From: Octopus vulgaris | Taxonomy: Eukaryota | Direction of reading: 5' to 3' | Assembly (NCBI GenBank): GCA_951406725.2 | Contig: OX597820.1 | Coordinates: forward strand, 64,666,001 to 64,730,000 | Length of the DNA: 64,000 bases | In this document: positions 1 through 12,376 of the stretch, piece by piece | Layout of the letters: each line of letters begins with the position of its first letter | How positions within the stretch are numbered: the first letter of the stretch is position 1 | The notes under the pieces: generated by a model | What the model saw: only the letters and a program-made list of their open reading frames with translations | Database searches by the model: none | What the model was told of the DNA's origin: nothing | Made by a program: the position numbers and the translations under genes

Positions 1-1292
1 CAACAACAGAAATGTAGATATACCGTATGATAACTCTATGATATGTATATTTGCAATGTGTAATATCATGCCCACAAAATGTATGGCTTTCTGTCCGAAT
101 TAGAAATGATTGTTTGAACAGGGTACAGTAACTTTCCAATTCTCCCATCCTATCAATGAATCACGTTTTCCTCTACTGATTACATTATTAGTAGAAATTT
201 GCGAAAACAATATTATCGATCACATATGAACAGAGATAACTATTGATATTAATAAGAAGAAAAACATTAATAGCTTTGTTTGATTAGAAACTTATAAACT
301 GCTGACTGATTATTTGACTTGTGGTTTCGATACCCATCATCGATCGCAAATGTGTCTGTTAACGGAGAAGAGAGACATTTACTAAAGGAACTTCATTTGG
401 TATGGCTTCACAGAATGGTCAATCAAATTATGGAACTATTTTCAGGACTAATTCTTTTCAAGACATCGTGTATGATGTTTCCTTGAGCAAGCCATAGACG
501 CAATTTGTAGATATGGGAGGGGAAAATGTGGAAATGGAGTTTCCCGTTGATGAACATAATACTAGGGTAGGGTTTCCTAATTATGATATCTATATTTACT
601 GTTGTTTGAGTGAGAGAGATACAGACATTTCGACTGTAGTTATTTAACATTTCTTTATTCTATAATAGTATTAATACAACTTCAACCACTACAGTATCTT
701 GTGTACCAGATATCTGGTGTCTTGTTCTGTGCACAAAACTAAGGAATTCATAAATAAGTCAATGAGAGAGCATTGATCCAGTCCCTTAGACTTGTCGAAA
801 TAACAACCAAATCTCTCTTAAAGCTACACTCTAACGTCTTAAAAGAGAAGGCAGAAGATATTGGATAATGAAGACGTGAATACATTACGGTTTAAAACCT
901 AAAGAAATGACGGTGATGCCTTCGTAGTTACTTTTGATCATTGGTCTTAGTTTACTATTTGCAAAGCAGAAAAGGAGATTGCTTCACTGCATTAACAGAA
1001 CAGGAAATTTTATAAAAGAAGCAGAGCAATATTTTCGGTTGAATTGACTTAAAGTATATGAAGCGTTTGAGTGATAGACAGAGCAATATATATAATTTAC
1101 GACTGAGGTATATCCTTTTCCCCTCAGCTCTGACATCCGTTTTGCTAACGAGTGCATTCTGGATGACAGATAATAATCAACTGGATGAAATGGAAAGGAA
1201 GAGTGAAGATGACATATTTGTGGAGAGTCCTACTATGCAGCAGCTCGTACAAAAGTTTTCTTTAAATTATATTAAAATGCCATATAGACATA

Positions 1293-1439
1293 CAGTTCTA
1301 TATCTAAGAGATTAGGAATTGTGTACATTATTTACAATATTTACATTCGACAGATATTTGTCCACTAACCCCAAGATTCCGAGTTCGATTCCAAGCAGTG
1401 ACCTGAACAACAACAACAACAATAATAATAATAATAATG

Positions 1440-1518
<79 letters not shown>

Positions 1519-1627
1519 CAACATCGAAAAATACCTTAGGAATGAGAACCCAGGTTCGAAATTTCCCCAATACACCTGAAGAAGATGAGGATAAATATCC
1601 GTCGAATGTAAATAACGTAAATAACGT
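1293..1627 (+). mobile_element. Short element with tRNA-like B box, internal (AAC/AAT)n and inverted terminal duplication; candidate Penelope-dependent SINE
   Basis: Inverted repeats 1322-1363 / 1589-1630 match 36/42. A 13-bp direct repeat CCATATAGACATA lies at 1280-1292 and 1628-1640. B-box-like GAGTTCGATTCC at 1381-1392; truncated hammerhead-like CCTGAAGAAG at 1575-1584. Confidence 0.6.
1406..1517. repeat. (AAC)n(AAT)n microsatellite
   Basis: Seen directly; explains the poly-N, poly-I and poly-L ORFs. Confidence 0.98.
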
Positions 1628-2109
1628 CCATATAGACATATTTTAAAACTGCTAATTTCCTATGAGTTTATATTGTTTTTCAGTATATTGTATAATATGT
1701 TTACCCTTCCTTCATTGTTTACATATATACTTTTGTATCGTTTACCGAAGCATATTTTAAAATTAACTCTGTGTCCATCGTTTGTTTACGAATGTATAAG
1801 TTTTGGAGGCAAGCTTTCAGAATCAGTAGACATATTTTTGCCTTCCTCATCCATACATAATGTGCAGTTACTTAATGTATTCCTCTTCATTATATCCTTT
1901 TCCTCGTTTCTGGAGGTGAGGCCCTGACGTTGTGCCATTTTTCAAGAAAACGTCTTCTTGGAGTCATGCCAGTTTCTGTAAATGTTCAAATCTCTCTTTG
2001 TTTTCTCTCTGTTCAGCTTTTGCCGATAGCAGTCATCTAACGGCTTCCCTTGCCGTCGCTTTTCATTCTAGGTGTTCCGCAAATTTTCCTTTTTTGTCCT
2101 TTTTTTCTA

Positions 2110-2854
2110 GCTAGCTTTGGGTATTGCAGACTCTGATTGGTTTCGGCTGTTTTCTTTTAAAACAGTAATCAGTTTAATGCTTTAATTATGTATCATTTAT
2201 CAAATTTTCATGATTCTGTGCTAGATAAGATTTTGTTCTATATTACAATTTTGTGGTAATTTTTCATCTATATACGACTACTACCGCATTGTATTCGTAG
2301 TAATTACAATCATGTTTTTTTCAGACTTTTTACGATACATTCAAATTATGTATTCATTATTTAACTCTTTTCCTGTCGAGATATGTTAGATCATTTAGCA
2401 ACTTATTGACACTATAATTGCGTTAACGGGAGAGCTATTTAACTATTAATCGAATTTAATGCATCTATAATATACCTTCCTATTCGTTCATTCATTTCTA
2501 GGTACGATACATTGCCAAGTTTAGTGAGACTAAGATATTTGTATGCCTGTGATAAGTCAAATTTTCTTATTTCAGCTTTCTATCCAGCCTGATTATATCG
2601 AATATACCTCTCTTGAAAGAATGTTTAGTGTATTGTTCTAAGTTGATTCATTTGATAAATCCGTGCACTCACTGCAGTGATGTTTTTAGTTGAGAATCAT
2701 TAGCAGTATACAAGCTGAGATTATCCATATAGAAAATCTGGAACATTTTTTCTGTTTGAAAAAACTGAACTGAAAATAATTGGCAAGAAGGAGTTCCTTT
2801 GGAATATTCCTCTTTTGATAGCTGTTGATATAGATTTTATAATACGTTGTAAAG
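2110..2854 (-). pseudogene. Highly decayed R4/Dong-type reverse transcriptase remnant, interrupted by the hAT element
   Basis: Minus-strand translation gives IKRGIFQRNSF (QGDSLSP-like region), FYMDNLSLYTANDSQLKTSLQ*VHGF, FDLSQAYKYL and MKNYHKI. The last three are colinear with LLYMDDLKLYAANDKQLETLLKTVHGF, LDQSQTYKYL and LENYYKI in the 34.3-kb copy. Confidence 0.75.
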
Positions 2855-3100
2855 CAGTGGTTCTTAACCTTTTTGCTACTATGCTTCCCCTAGGAATTTG
2901 TCCTTCCTTCCACGCCCCTTTGCATCTATGAATGAAATTCCCTCCCAGATTTTAAATAAAATCTAACATGTTTTTTATTCAAAATGAATTAGTCACATCA
3001 TGAAAAATATGTACAATTTCCTATATAATCACATTATACAAGAAGTGAGATACTTGACAAAAAGAAGTTTTTTTTTATTGAATATGAATTGGTCATATTA

Positions 3101-3470
3101 TTAGTGAGATACTTGACACTGGTTCTTAGCTACAAGATCTCGAATGCGTGGTTGAATACCAGAGAGTGCACAACGTAAATCCCTTTCGACGTTCAGCCTA
3201 TTCCTGTACTTGGTCTTGACAGCAACAAGCGTGGAAAATGCAACTTTCTCCAAGGGATGTCATTTTGTTTCAAAGAATGCCTTGGAATTGTCTGCTAAGC
3301 AGGATGTACTGTCCTCAAGTACCGTTCCAAGCTTGAGGGTCGCATTCCATCATTTCTCAAAGTTTTGCAGAACATCACACATTGGGGTACTTCTGTGTCA
3401 CCCTTTTGGAGGGACACGAATTCACTTTGAATATATTCAAGATACTTCAGATTCTTTGCATTTATTGCGA
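3101..3470 (-). pseudogene. hAT transposase remnant: BED zinc finger joined directly to the C-terminal dimerisation region
   Basis: PQCVMFCKTLRNDGMRPSSLERYLRTVHP (BED finger-like) is followed by AFSTLVAVKTKYRNRLNVERDLRCALSGIQPRIRDLVAKNQCQVSH* ending at 3101. The catalytic core is deleted. Confidence 0.88.
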
Positions 3471-4302
3471 ATTGTTTGATGTGAATTTCATAACATGTGA
3501 ATAAGTTAGAACGGTAGCCCAAGTCACGGTCCTAGTTAGAACGCTAGCTCAAGTTAAAACACTTGGAGTAAAAAGTTCTGACACAAAATTATACAAAAAC
3601 AATTTGGAATAAAAATTTTAATTAAACGAGAAGTAATGCGAAAAATTTGTACAATAAAATGTACGAAAATATAAAAAGAAGTTTCTTTAAAAAAGAAAAA
3701 TTTTGTATAGCTTTTAGTTACTTTGTTCTTTCAATTTTAGTTTAACATTTGGCTTTATATTATAATTTTTTGTCTTACAAAAACTTACAATTTTTTTAAT
3801 ATAAGCATTTAATATCAAAAATTTTGTTGTTATTGTTATTTTTTTTTTCCAATCTGGGTTATTTTTTGAATACTTTATTAAACTCAAGGATAGTAGAACT
3901 TATTACATATATTTTGTTTTATTTCCCGTTTTTAAATATAAAAATTGTTTTCACTTTTTAAAATTAAGTTAATATTTCTGACTATGTCACTATAATGATT
4001 TGACACTGTTTCAGTATGTCTCTTGGTTTTGAAGAATCGCATTATTTTATATATAGGAAAACTCTACATTAAACTTGTTTATAATCTATTAACAGAAAAA
4101 TGTTGGTCACGATAATAATATATAATCTTTATACCAGTGGTGCTTAACTTGAGACTTGTTGTAACAAAAAAAAATATATATAAAGGCAATGTTAAAGCTA
4201 CTATTTAGAATTAGTGAGGGATTTGGAAGATATGAATTGGGTGAGTAAGTACAGAAAATGGTAAGCAGCACTAAGATATTAGAATAAGAAAACTAAAGGA
4301 AT

Positions 4303-4528
4303 AAGGCGAGCTGGCAGAAACGTTAGCACGCAGGGCGAAATGCTTAGCAGTATTTCGTCCGCCGTTACGTTCTGAGTTCAAATTCCGCCGAGGTCGACTT
4401 TGCTTTTCATCCTTTCGGCGTCGATTAAGTAGGTACCAGTTACGCACTGGGGTCGATGTAATCGACTTAATCCTTTGACTTTGTTTGTCCCCTTTCTGTT
4501 TAGCCCCCTTGTGGACAATAAAGAAATA
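4303..4528 (+). mobile_element. tRNA-derived SINE, family A (long tail), nested in the hAT
   Basis: Head AAGGCGAGCTGGCAGAAACGTTAG, B box GAGTTCAAATTCC, core TTTCATCCTTTCGG.GTCGAT; more than 10 homologous copies in the window. Confidence 0.85.
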
Positions 4529-4957
4529 TATAAGGCGATGCCTATGCGTTTTTTTTTCATAAACTTTGACCATGCTCTCGTTAAGAGATATCAAATATAA
4601 TTAGAGAAATTCCTGCCTTTTTTCAAGGCCTGGTGATCCGCTTGGAAATTACTAATGCCTCCCTAGCAGGACGCGTCCCCAGGTTAAGAACCACTGCTGT
4701 AAAGTGAGAATCTGCAGCATTAGTATTTGCTATTTATACATGAAATAAGTCAAGTAACTTATTACTAGTATTTCCTTATTCATGACTAGTGTTTCTGAAA
4801 TTCGCATGGAAAATTATGTGTGTGTGTGTGAGTGAGTATGCGCGCGCATGTATTTTTATGAGCGGATATGGTGTGTGCGTGCGTATGTTTGTGTATGTCG
4901 GTGTAAGTAAATACATATACTTATTTATACGTATGTAGATATATATGTATATATATA

Positions 4958-5828
4958 TGTCCGTGTTCGGATTAGGCTGTCCGGACTCCCGTTTGAGCCG
5001 TTAACAGGGTTTAATCTTCTCTCAACATGAACACAACACTTCTCCCCTCTTCATCTAACCTCCTCCCCTCGCCTCTCTCCCCCTTACACCTACTTCCTCC
5101 CACCCACCTCTCCTTTCTTGCTCCGACTCTTACTTCTCTTCACTCCTACCCTCCTTCTCACTTCTCTTCACTCCTGCCCACCTTCTCTTTCCCCTCTCCC
5201 TCGTAAGCCCCTTCACATTTCACCCCACCTTCGTTATCCTTCCCCATCCCACCCCATCCCATCTCTTACACCCGCTCCTACATACCCTACCTCTAACCCC
5301 ACCCCCGCCTAACTCACACCCTACCCTTTCTTTCCCCACTCTCACCTCTTCCAGCTCCCATCACACAACACACCAGTACACCTTACACCACCATACCGCA
5401 CAATACATCACATCACTACACACCACCACGCACACATCAGCACTGACCAATTCCCAGACCCACATTTTCACACCTTCACATAAACACACGCACACGTCAA
5501 GATCACCAGCCCTCTTCCACACGCACATTAAAATTCTCATATAGACACGCACACGCACCTTCATTTTTGGATCACCACTAATTTATGATCTCCCCTCTTC
5601 CCTAGCCCTCCTGTGTGACCATTCTGTCCGACATTGGCCATGATAGAACGCTAGCCAATACACATTCTTTATTTTCTCTCCTTTTTTATTTCTGTGTTTC
5701 TTTCTGTGGAAGAGCGTAGGCTCGAAACGTTAAAAACTTGTCGCTTCCCGAGCGTTATACTGATACATCTGTTTGATGTCTACACCACCTCTCTTCATCT
5801 TTTGTTTTTGATTTTGTGAATTCTCCCT
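4958..5828 (+). mobile_element. Penelope-like element 3' remnant (end of GIY-YIG-like ORF, C-rich tract, hammerhead-like end)
   Basis: SVFGL..DSRLSR*QGLIFS resembles the C-terminus of a PLE endonuclease. The end 5640-5828 is homologous to 10088-10266 and 12166-12291. Confidence 0.5.
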
Positions 5829-5851
5829 ATATGTATATATGTATATATTTA

Positions 5852-5890
<39 letters not shown>

Positions 5891-5891
5891 A

Positions 5892-5930
<39 letters not shown>

Positions 5931-6077
5931 TTATCTATCTATCTCTCTCAATATATATATATACATATATATATCTTTATGTGTGTATATATATGCGTAT
6001 ATATTTATATATATGTGTATATATATGTAAATGGGTATGTATATATATATATATATGTGTGTGTATATATATTTATA

Positions 6078-6134
<57 letters not shown>

Positions 6135-6152
6135 TATATGTGTGTGTGTGTG
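5828..6152. repeat. (CTAT)n / (TA)n / (TG)n compound microsatellite
   Basis: Seen directly. Confidence 0.97.
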
Positions 6153-6399
6153 TCTATACTCATACACGTGCATAGAAATTCATAAAGGTGTGTCTGAACA
6201 AAAAGATCGACAAGATATTCTTGATTTGCCCTGAAACCTCAATATTTTGTTTATTCTCTCTAAGACTACAAACCGAGGCAGAGAATCACAAAACCGAGTA
6301 AATGAATACCATGTAATTGATGAATATTGTTGTGTAAATCTGTAAACATTGTATAACGAGGACAATGTTTAAGCAAATATATACAATTGCCTCCGGGGT

Positions 6400-6674
6400 G
6401 TATCACTACCACCGTTATAATCATGATTATACCCTTCTTCCTCCGCCTCTGCACCCTGCTTCCCCTCCTCCTCCCCCTCGTCCTCTCTCCTCCTCCTCCT
6501 CCTCATCATCATCATTATCATCTGCACCAGCACGGAGAAACCCACATCCACCACCACCATCACCACCATCACAAGTACCTACGTCATCATAATCATCATC
6601 ATTACCGCCGTGATCATCATCATCACTATCATCCCCATCATCACAACAATCATTATTATACACCTGGTGCTGCT

Positions 6675-6707
<33 letters not shown>

Positions 6708-6725
6708 ATTGTAGTTGTCGTTGTT
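6400..6725. repeat. Compound trinucleotide tract (CCT, CAT, CAC, GTT)
   Basis: Seen directly; gives poly-P, poly-H and poly-V ORFs in several frames. Confidence 0.9.
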
Positions 6726-6930
6726 AAGGCGAGGTGCTGGCAGAATCTTTAAACACGCTGGACGAAATGGATAGCGGTATTTCGTTCGTCTGTACGTTCT
6801 GAATTCAAATCATGCCGAGGTCGACTTTGCCTTTCATCCTTTCGGGGTCGATAAATTAAGTACCAGTGAAACACTGGTGTCGATGTAAACGGCTAGTTCC
6901 CTCCGCAGGTCTTGAGTCTTCAGTAGAAAT
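6726..6930 (+). mobile_element. SINE family A (short tail)
   Basis: Homologous head and core GCCTTTCATCCTTTCGGGGTCGATAAATTAAGTACCAG. Confidence 0.85.
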
Positions 6931-7388
6931 TATTACTATTATTATTACTGTCAGTTTCATATGAGTTATCGTTATTGCGATTAATTCTATTAAGAAAAAT
7001 ATTATTCTTAATTAAAATCAATATAAATATCTATAACTTCAGAATAAACATTAATAACAATCCAGCGAGGTAATTTTTAAAAATATTTATATAAGGACTA
7101 TTATCATTAAACGAACTGGACGTAAAGACGAAATGATCTAGTTTTGTAACTGATGGCTATTAGGAAAGAATAATATAGAAACGAAAGTGGTATTATACTG
7201 TGGAAATTTTGAATTATAGAACTTATTGTGAGCTTTTGTTCTCGCTGATTTCAATATGTTTCTCAGGGAAACAATTCGCAAATTCGCAAAATTTCAATTT
7301 GGGCAAGTATTAGTGAGACATTATTGTATTTATCCTCGTTTTACATATGCGTGTGATTGCGTGTGTGTGTGTGTTTGTACATATATAT

Positions 7389-7456
<68 letters not shown>

Positions 7457-7533
7457 AAATATTAGGGAATTAATCCAAACTTACAGGGAAAAATCAGAGT
7501 TAGTATTGAATCCAATTTTATAGTAAAATATTA

Positions 7534-7762
7534 TATTATATTAAATTAGAGATAAAACCACTATTAGGCAAATCATACAATGAAAAACTTAAGCCAATAC
7601 ATAAGATTAATTAATTTATATTATTTTAAATATATATCAAAATTATTTAAAAAATTATCTTTTTTTAATAATAATATAAATAATATAAATTAATTATTCT
7701 TATGTATTGGCTTAAGTTTTTCATTGTATGATTTGCCTAATAGTGGTTTTATCTCTAATTTA

Positions 7763-7770
<8 letters not shown>
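7534..7770. repeat. 93-bp-arm inverted repeat of a Penelope-type terminal sequence
   Basis: Arms 7534-7626 / 7678-7770 are near-perfect. The same arm recurs at about 41879-41985 next to a hammerhead. Confidence 0.85.
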
Positions 7771-7828
<58 letters not shown>

Positions 7829-8196
7829 TGCTGGTGCATGCGTGCGTGTATGTGTATAAAGCAAAGGCTATTTGCCAACATAATGTGGCTGTCCTGGAAG
7901 GGACATGTTTACTGCTGTTTAGCCTTAGCAGATATCGTTTCCAGATGGCTATACAACACAATATTCATATTCTTATATTTTCGAACAGAGAGTTCAGTAC
8001 TCTCATCTAGCGGAAAACAATATTCAGGGCTAAACAACATCCTGAAAGTAAAAAAAAAAAGGAAAATCGTCCCTGCACAGCTACATGATTCGGGCAACTA
8101 GCCATTACTTTAAAGAGCAGTTACTGAAAGATTTAGAAATAATAATATTTCTGTTTTATATATATACACGCATGTATACATATATACATATGTAAT

Positions 8197-9292
8197 AAGT
8201 GTGTCAGCTGAAACGTTCATAGGCTGACAATAAAATTTTCATGGATTGTGACCAAATGGGGTTTAATTTGAAACTTAGTCGCTCTTACAGAGCACATACT
8301 TCTTCCAACACTGATTCAGTGTTTGGTTCCCATTGCTGAAGAAGATTTCATACTCTCAGTAAAAGAGATCATTAACAGCAGACATGATGTTATCATCACT
8401 TCGATACTGCTTCCCAACCAAGGTTTTTTCGTGTTGGGAAACTGGTGACAGTGAGGTGTGTGTGCGGGGGGGGAGGCTCAAAGGAAGAGAATATGGAGGG
8501 CGATCAACCATTTTAAAGCCGCAGTCACGCACAGCAGCCACTGAACCTAAGGACTTGTGTGCTGGAGTGCTGCTTTGATGAAACAAGGCCCTTTTCATCT
8601 CTTTTCTTGATTGTTTCGTTTTTATAGCTTCCGTAACTACCTCAGCATGTTGGTATTGTACTCTCCATTATTTCTGTAATGCTTTTAGAGATAGTGAATA
8701 AACACAATACCTTTTGCATCCCAAAAAGCTGTGGTTATTATCTTTCCTCCAAATGAAAAGAGCCTTTTTGGGGAGCAGGTGAATATTGGGTGTTTTCCAC
8801 TACATGTATTTTCCTTTTGTCTCTTGCTCAAAGTGATGAACCCAGCACCCATTCTGTCTTGATAAAATTTCAAGTGACACAGGTGAACCTGTCTCAAGCA
8901 ATGGCAGATTTCCCCGAGATGCCACCAGCCTGATTGACTTCTGATCAGGCGTCAGAAGATCTTGCACACACCGAGCAGAAATCCTCGTGATACCAACCTC
9001 ATTGTGCAGAATATTCTCAACTCTCAAGCGCTAAATAATAATAGCATCGGCTATTTCCGTTTTAGTTAATAGCCTGTCATTGATCAAACGATTTAAGTTT
9101 TGTTTCGTGGTTGCAGTTGCAGGACGTCCTGTCACTGGGTCATCTTCAAGACATTCCTTACCGTCCTAAATTCAACTGCTCACTTTTGAACTGTTGATAA
9201 AGCTGGAGCATCATCATTTAATGTAGCAACTATGTTAGTATGAATGTCCTTTGGGTTTAAACACTTTTTATTGGCAAGTACTTGATAACATC
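8197..9292 (-). mobile_element. Decayed mariner (Tc1/mariner) transposon
   Basis: Minus-strand motifs ISARCVQDLLTPDQK (WVPxxL-like), FWDAKGIVFIHYL, LFHQSSTPAHKS and PPYS, broken by frameshifts. Confidence 0.9.
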
Positions 9293-10024
9293 AGTCTCTG
9301 CTTCTCCTTTCCAATTACTGGCCGTTTTTACGTATGGTGGATTGCACCTGATTTCCATGTCCTTCGACTCTCACAGCACCATCACCGTTTGTACCTTCCT
9401 TAGTTTATAAATTTAGACTATTGACGCCAGTAGTAAATGCAACCTCTTTTACGATAGAGCTGAAATGTTCAATATCCGTGGTAGGCTTAGACACTTTCTA
9501 ATCAACACATTACCTTGTTGTTCAACGATGTGAACGAGTCTCGACGCTACCTCGTATATTAAAAGTGGCCATGAATGTCGCGGATACAAGTCAAACTATA
9601 AGTTTGCTACATCACTAGTAACGATGACACCACAGCTTAATTAATCTTCAGAATGTAGTTACCTCAATGAAGTTTACATTGCTGCAGGAAGTAAACGGAG
9701 AGCCAGGAAGAGAGATACCGAAAAAAAAAATGGCCAGTGGAAAAGAGAGAAATACTAGGGTTAAAATTAAAAATCAAATATGCATTGCGTGAGTCGAATG
9801 GGAACACTGAGCGTATTAAAATTTCTTTGACTTCGATATGGAAGGAAGTGTGTCTCTTACAACGTTAATAAATATATTTTATCGTATACTGTCCACCTTT
9901 TGTTCTCTATACTATCCGCGCATATTGCTTGAAGCTTACTAACTCCCTACACTTGCATCTTTGGATCGCACTTACCTATATATATATGTGTGTGTGTGTA
10001 TGTGTGCGCGTGTATGCATGTTTG

Positions 10025-10087
<63 letters not shown>

Positions 10088-10089
<2 letters not shown>

Positions 10090-10266
10090 GATTGATCAAC
10101 ATTTTCTTTTCTATTCCCTTTTCTGTTTATTTCCTCGTGTTCCTTTCTGCTGAAGAGCGTAGTCTCGAAACGTAAAAGACTTTCTCACCTACCGTGCGTC
10201 AAATGAATAGACATTCTTATTGCTCATACACCTGTTTTCGTCTCTTCTTTCTGTAAATTTCAACTG
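10088..10266 (+). mobile_element. Penelope-type terminal repeat with minimal hammerhead-like motif (10143-10178)
   Basis: CTTT-CTGCTGA-A-GAG cgtagt CTC-GAAAC-GT-A-AAAG; homologues at 5700-5735 (+) and 12193-12228 (-), plus a decayed flank at about 55400-55520. Confidence 0.6.
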
Positions 10267-10543
10267 CATATGTATATATATATATACACATACATATTTG
10301 TGTGTGTGAGTGTATGTGTGTGTTTGCGTCTGTTTGTGTATGCGTGCATGTATGCGTATTATATAAAGAGTTACTCGAAATATGACAATCATCGAATTTC
10401 AACACTAAACGTAAATATACATATGCAGTAAAGCTACACGTTAATACACTAATGAGATTTTAGTAATACAAATTCTGATGACATTTACGAGCGCACTCAC
10501 TGAAAGTTTTCCGCTGTACAAGAATACTACATTTATATATTAC

Positions 10544-10955
10544 TCCTTTACTTGTTTGAGTCATTTGACTGTGGCCATGCTGGAGCACCACCTCTAGTCG
10601 AGCAAATCGACCCCAGGACTTAATCTTCGTAAGCCTAGTACTTATTCTATCAGTCTCTTATGCCGAACCGCTAGGTTACGGGGACGTAAACACACCAGTA
10701 TCAGTTGTCAAACTATATTAGGGGGACAAATAAGTCACACAAACACATAAACACACACACACACACATACACACACACACATATATATATACACGACGGG
10801 GTTCTTTCAGTTTCCGTCTACCAAATCCGCTCACAAGGTTTGGTTGGTCCGAGGCTATAGTAGAAGAAACTTACCTAAGGTGCCACGCAGTGGCACTGAA
10901 CCCGAAATCATTTGGTTCGTAAGCAAGCTATTTACCACGCAGCCAATCCTACGCC
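10544..10955 (-). mobile_element. tRNA-derived SINE, family B (CORE-like, internal microsatellite)
   Basis: Reverse complement reads GGCGTAGGATTGGCTGCGTGGTAA...GGGTTCAGTGCC..GGCACCTTAGGTAAG; colinear with 13099 and 61761. Confidence 0.85.
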
Positions 10956-11919
10956 TAAAAACAGATACTTAGGTTCTACCGAAATGATAATTAATTGCTT
11001 TTAAAAATAAAATCGTTTTCTCTTAAGAAGTAGGTGCACATACTTTCTGAGGACACAATCGTGTTTCGAGCAGTCATACGATGCCATATTCATATATGTC
11101 TCAATTTTATTGTGTCTAGGGAGGGTCATTTCGCCAATAATAATAATAACGCACGCACTGATTCAATATCCCTTCTTTATTGTCAGACAATTGCTTAAAT
11201 ATCTAACCAACTAAGAAATCGATCATTTCTTTAATGTGTAGTTTTCAGTGTTTGGCTAACGGTCCTGTATGGAGAAAATATTTTCATTATAAATACATAA
11301 TATTATATTTACACCTATGACAACATCTCATTTATCTCAAAATAAAAAAAAAATATATTCTCTCTCCATTCGACTTCCGCAACATGTTACTCTTTCATGT
11401 ATTCACTTCATTATTTCTTGCCTTACTCTCTATCAATGTATATCTTTAGATTTATAACTCTTTCATTTTTCCCCCGTCATAATCTTCTTACAGATCTCAT
11501 TATTTCACGTCTACAACACAACCTGTCCAAATCTCTCTCTGTCTTTGTCTCTCTCTGTCTACATCTCTTTTACTCTCCCTTTCTCTGTATCTATTTCGTC
11601 TCCATACTGTCAATCGACTACCGCAGATCTACATATTTAACCAATTAAGTTCATAACTATTACTTTCCTTCTCACACTGATTGATTGGAATTTCAAAATT
11701 CCTGTCGCGTAGTAGAAACTATTTCAGATTAACACTCAAAACATGGTGGCACGAATATACATTACTTGTATGGATATGATTATCTCTCCCTTCTCTCTCT
11801 TTCTCTCTCTCTCTCTGTCTCTCTGTCTATATATTTATCTTCCTAACTATTTTTCTACCTATCTATCCTTCTCTGTGTGTGTATATATATACACACACGC
11901 ATATATACCAGTCTGTCTT

Positions 11920-11967
<48 letters not shown>

Positions 11968-12165
11968 AATATATAACTATATATTTATCTATCTACCTAT
12001 GTATCTCTCTCAATGTATACATACATACATTCATACAAAAATACATATGTATATATTTATATACACATATATATATATATATAGATATTGTATATATTAT
12101 ATATACTGTATAGATATATACAGAGAGAGAGAGAGAGAGAGAAAGAGGGGGGAGAGAGATAGTTG

Positions 12166-12291
12166 AAATGACGCTCGGGAAGGTGAGAAAGTCTTTTACG
12201 TTTCAAGCCTACGCTCTTCAACAGAAAGGAACACGAGGAAATAAACAGAAAGAGAATAAAAAAAAACTTGTGGAATTAGCGGTCAATCATG
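12166..12291 (-). mobile_element. Penelope-type terminal repeat with hammerhead-like motif (12193-12228)
   Basis: Reverse complement is highly similar to 10088-10200. Confidence 0.6.
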
Positions 12292-12317
12292 TATATGTAT
12301 ACGTATATAAACGTATG

Positions 12318-12376
<59 letters not shown>

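Larger units (their letters stand above)
2855..4696 (-). mobile_element. Internally deleted hAT (Buster/Charlie-type) DNA transposon
   Basis: Perfect 16-bp TIRs CAGTGGTTCTTAACCT (2855-2870 / 4681-4696). 8-bp TSD TTGTAAAG / CTGTAAAG (7/8, central TA typical of Buster). Confidence 0.92.

Noticed and set aside
1312-1646. Poly-L, poly-N and poly-I ORFs
   Set aside because: They are translations of the (AAT)n tract.
5816-6185. YI/YLSI-repeat ORFs, and the many similar ones across the window
   Set aside because: (TA)n, (CTAT)n and (TG)n lack stop codons in these frames; there is no coding signal.
6365-6752. His/Pro-rich protein
   Set aside because: Compound trinucleotide repeats are open in several frames on both strands and run into a SINE.
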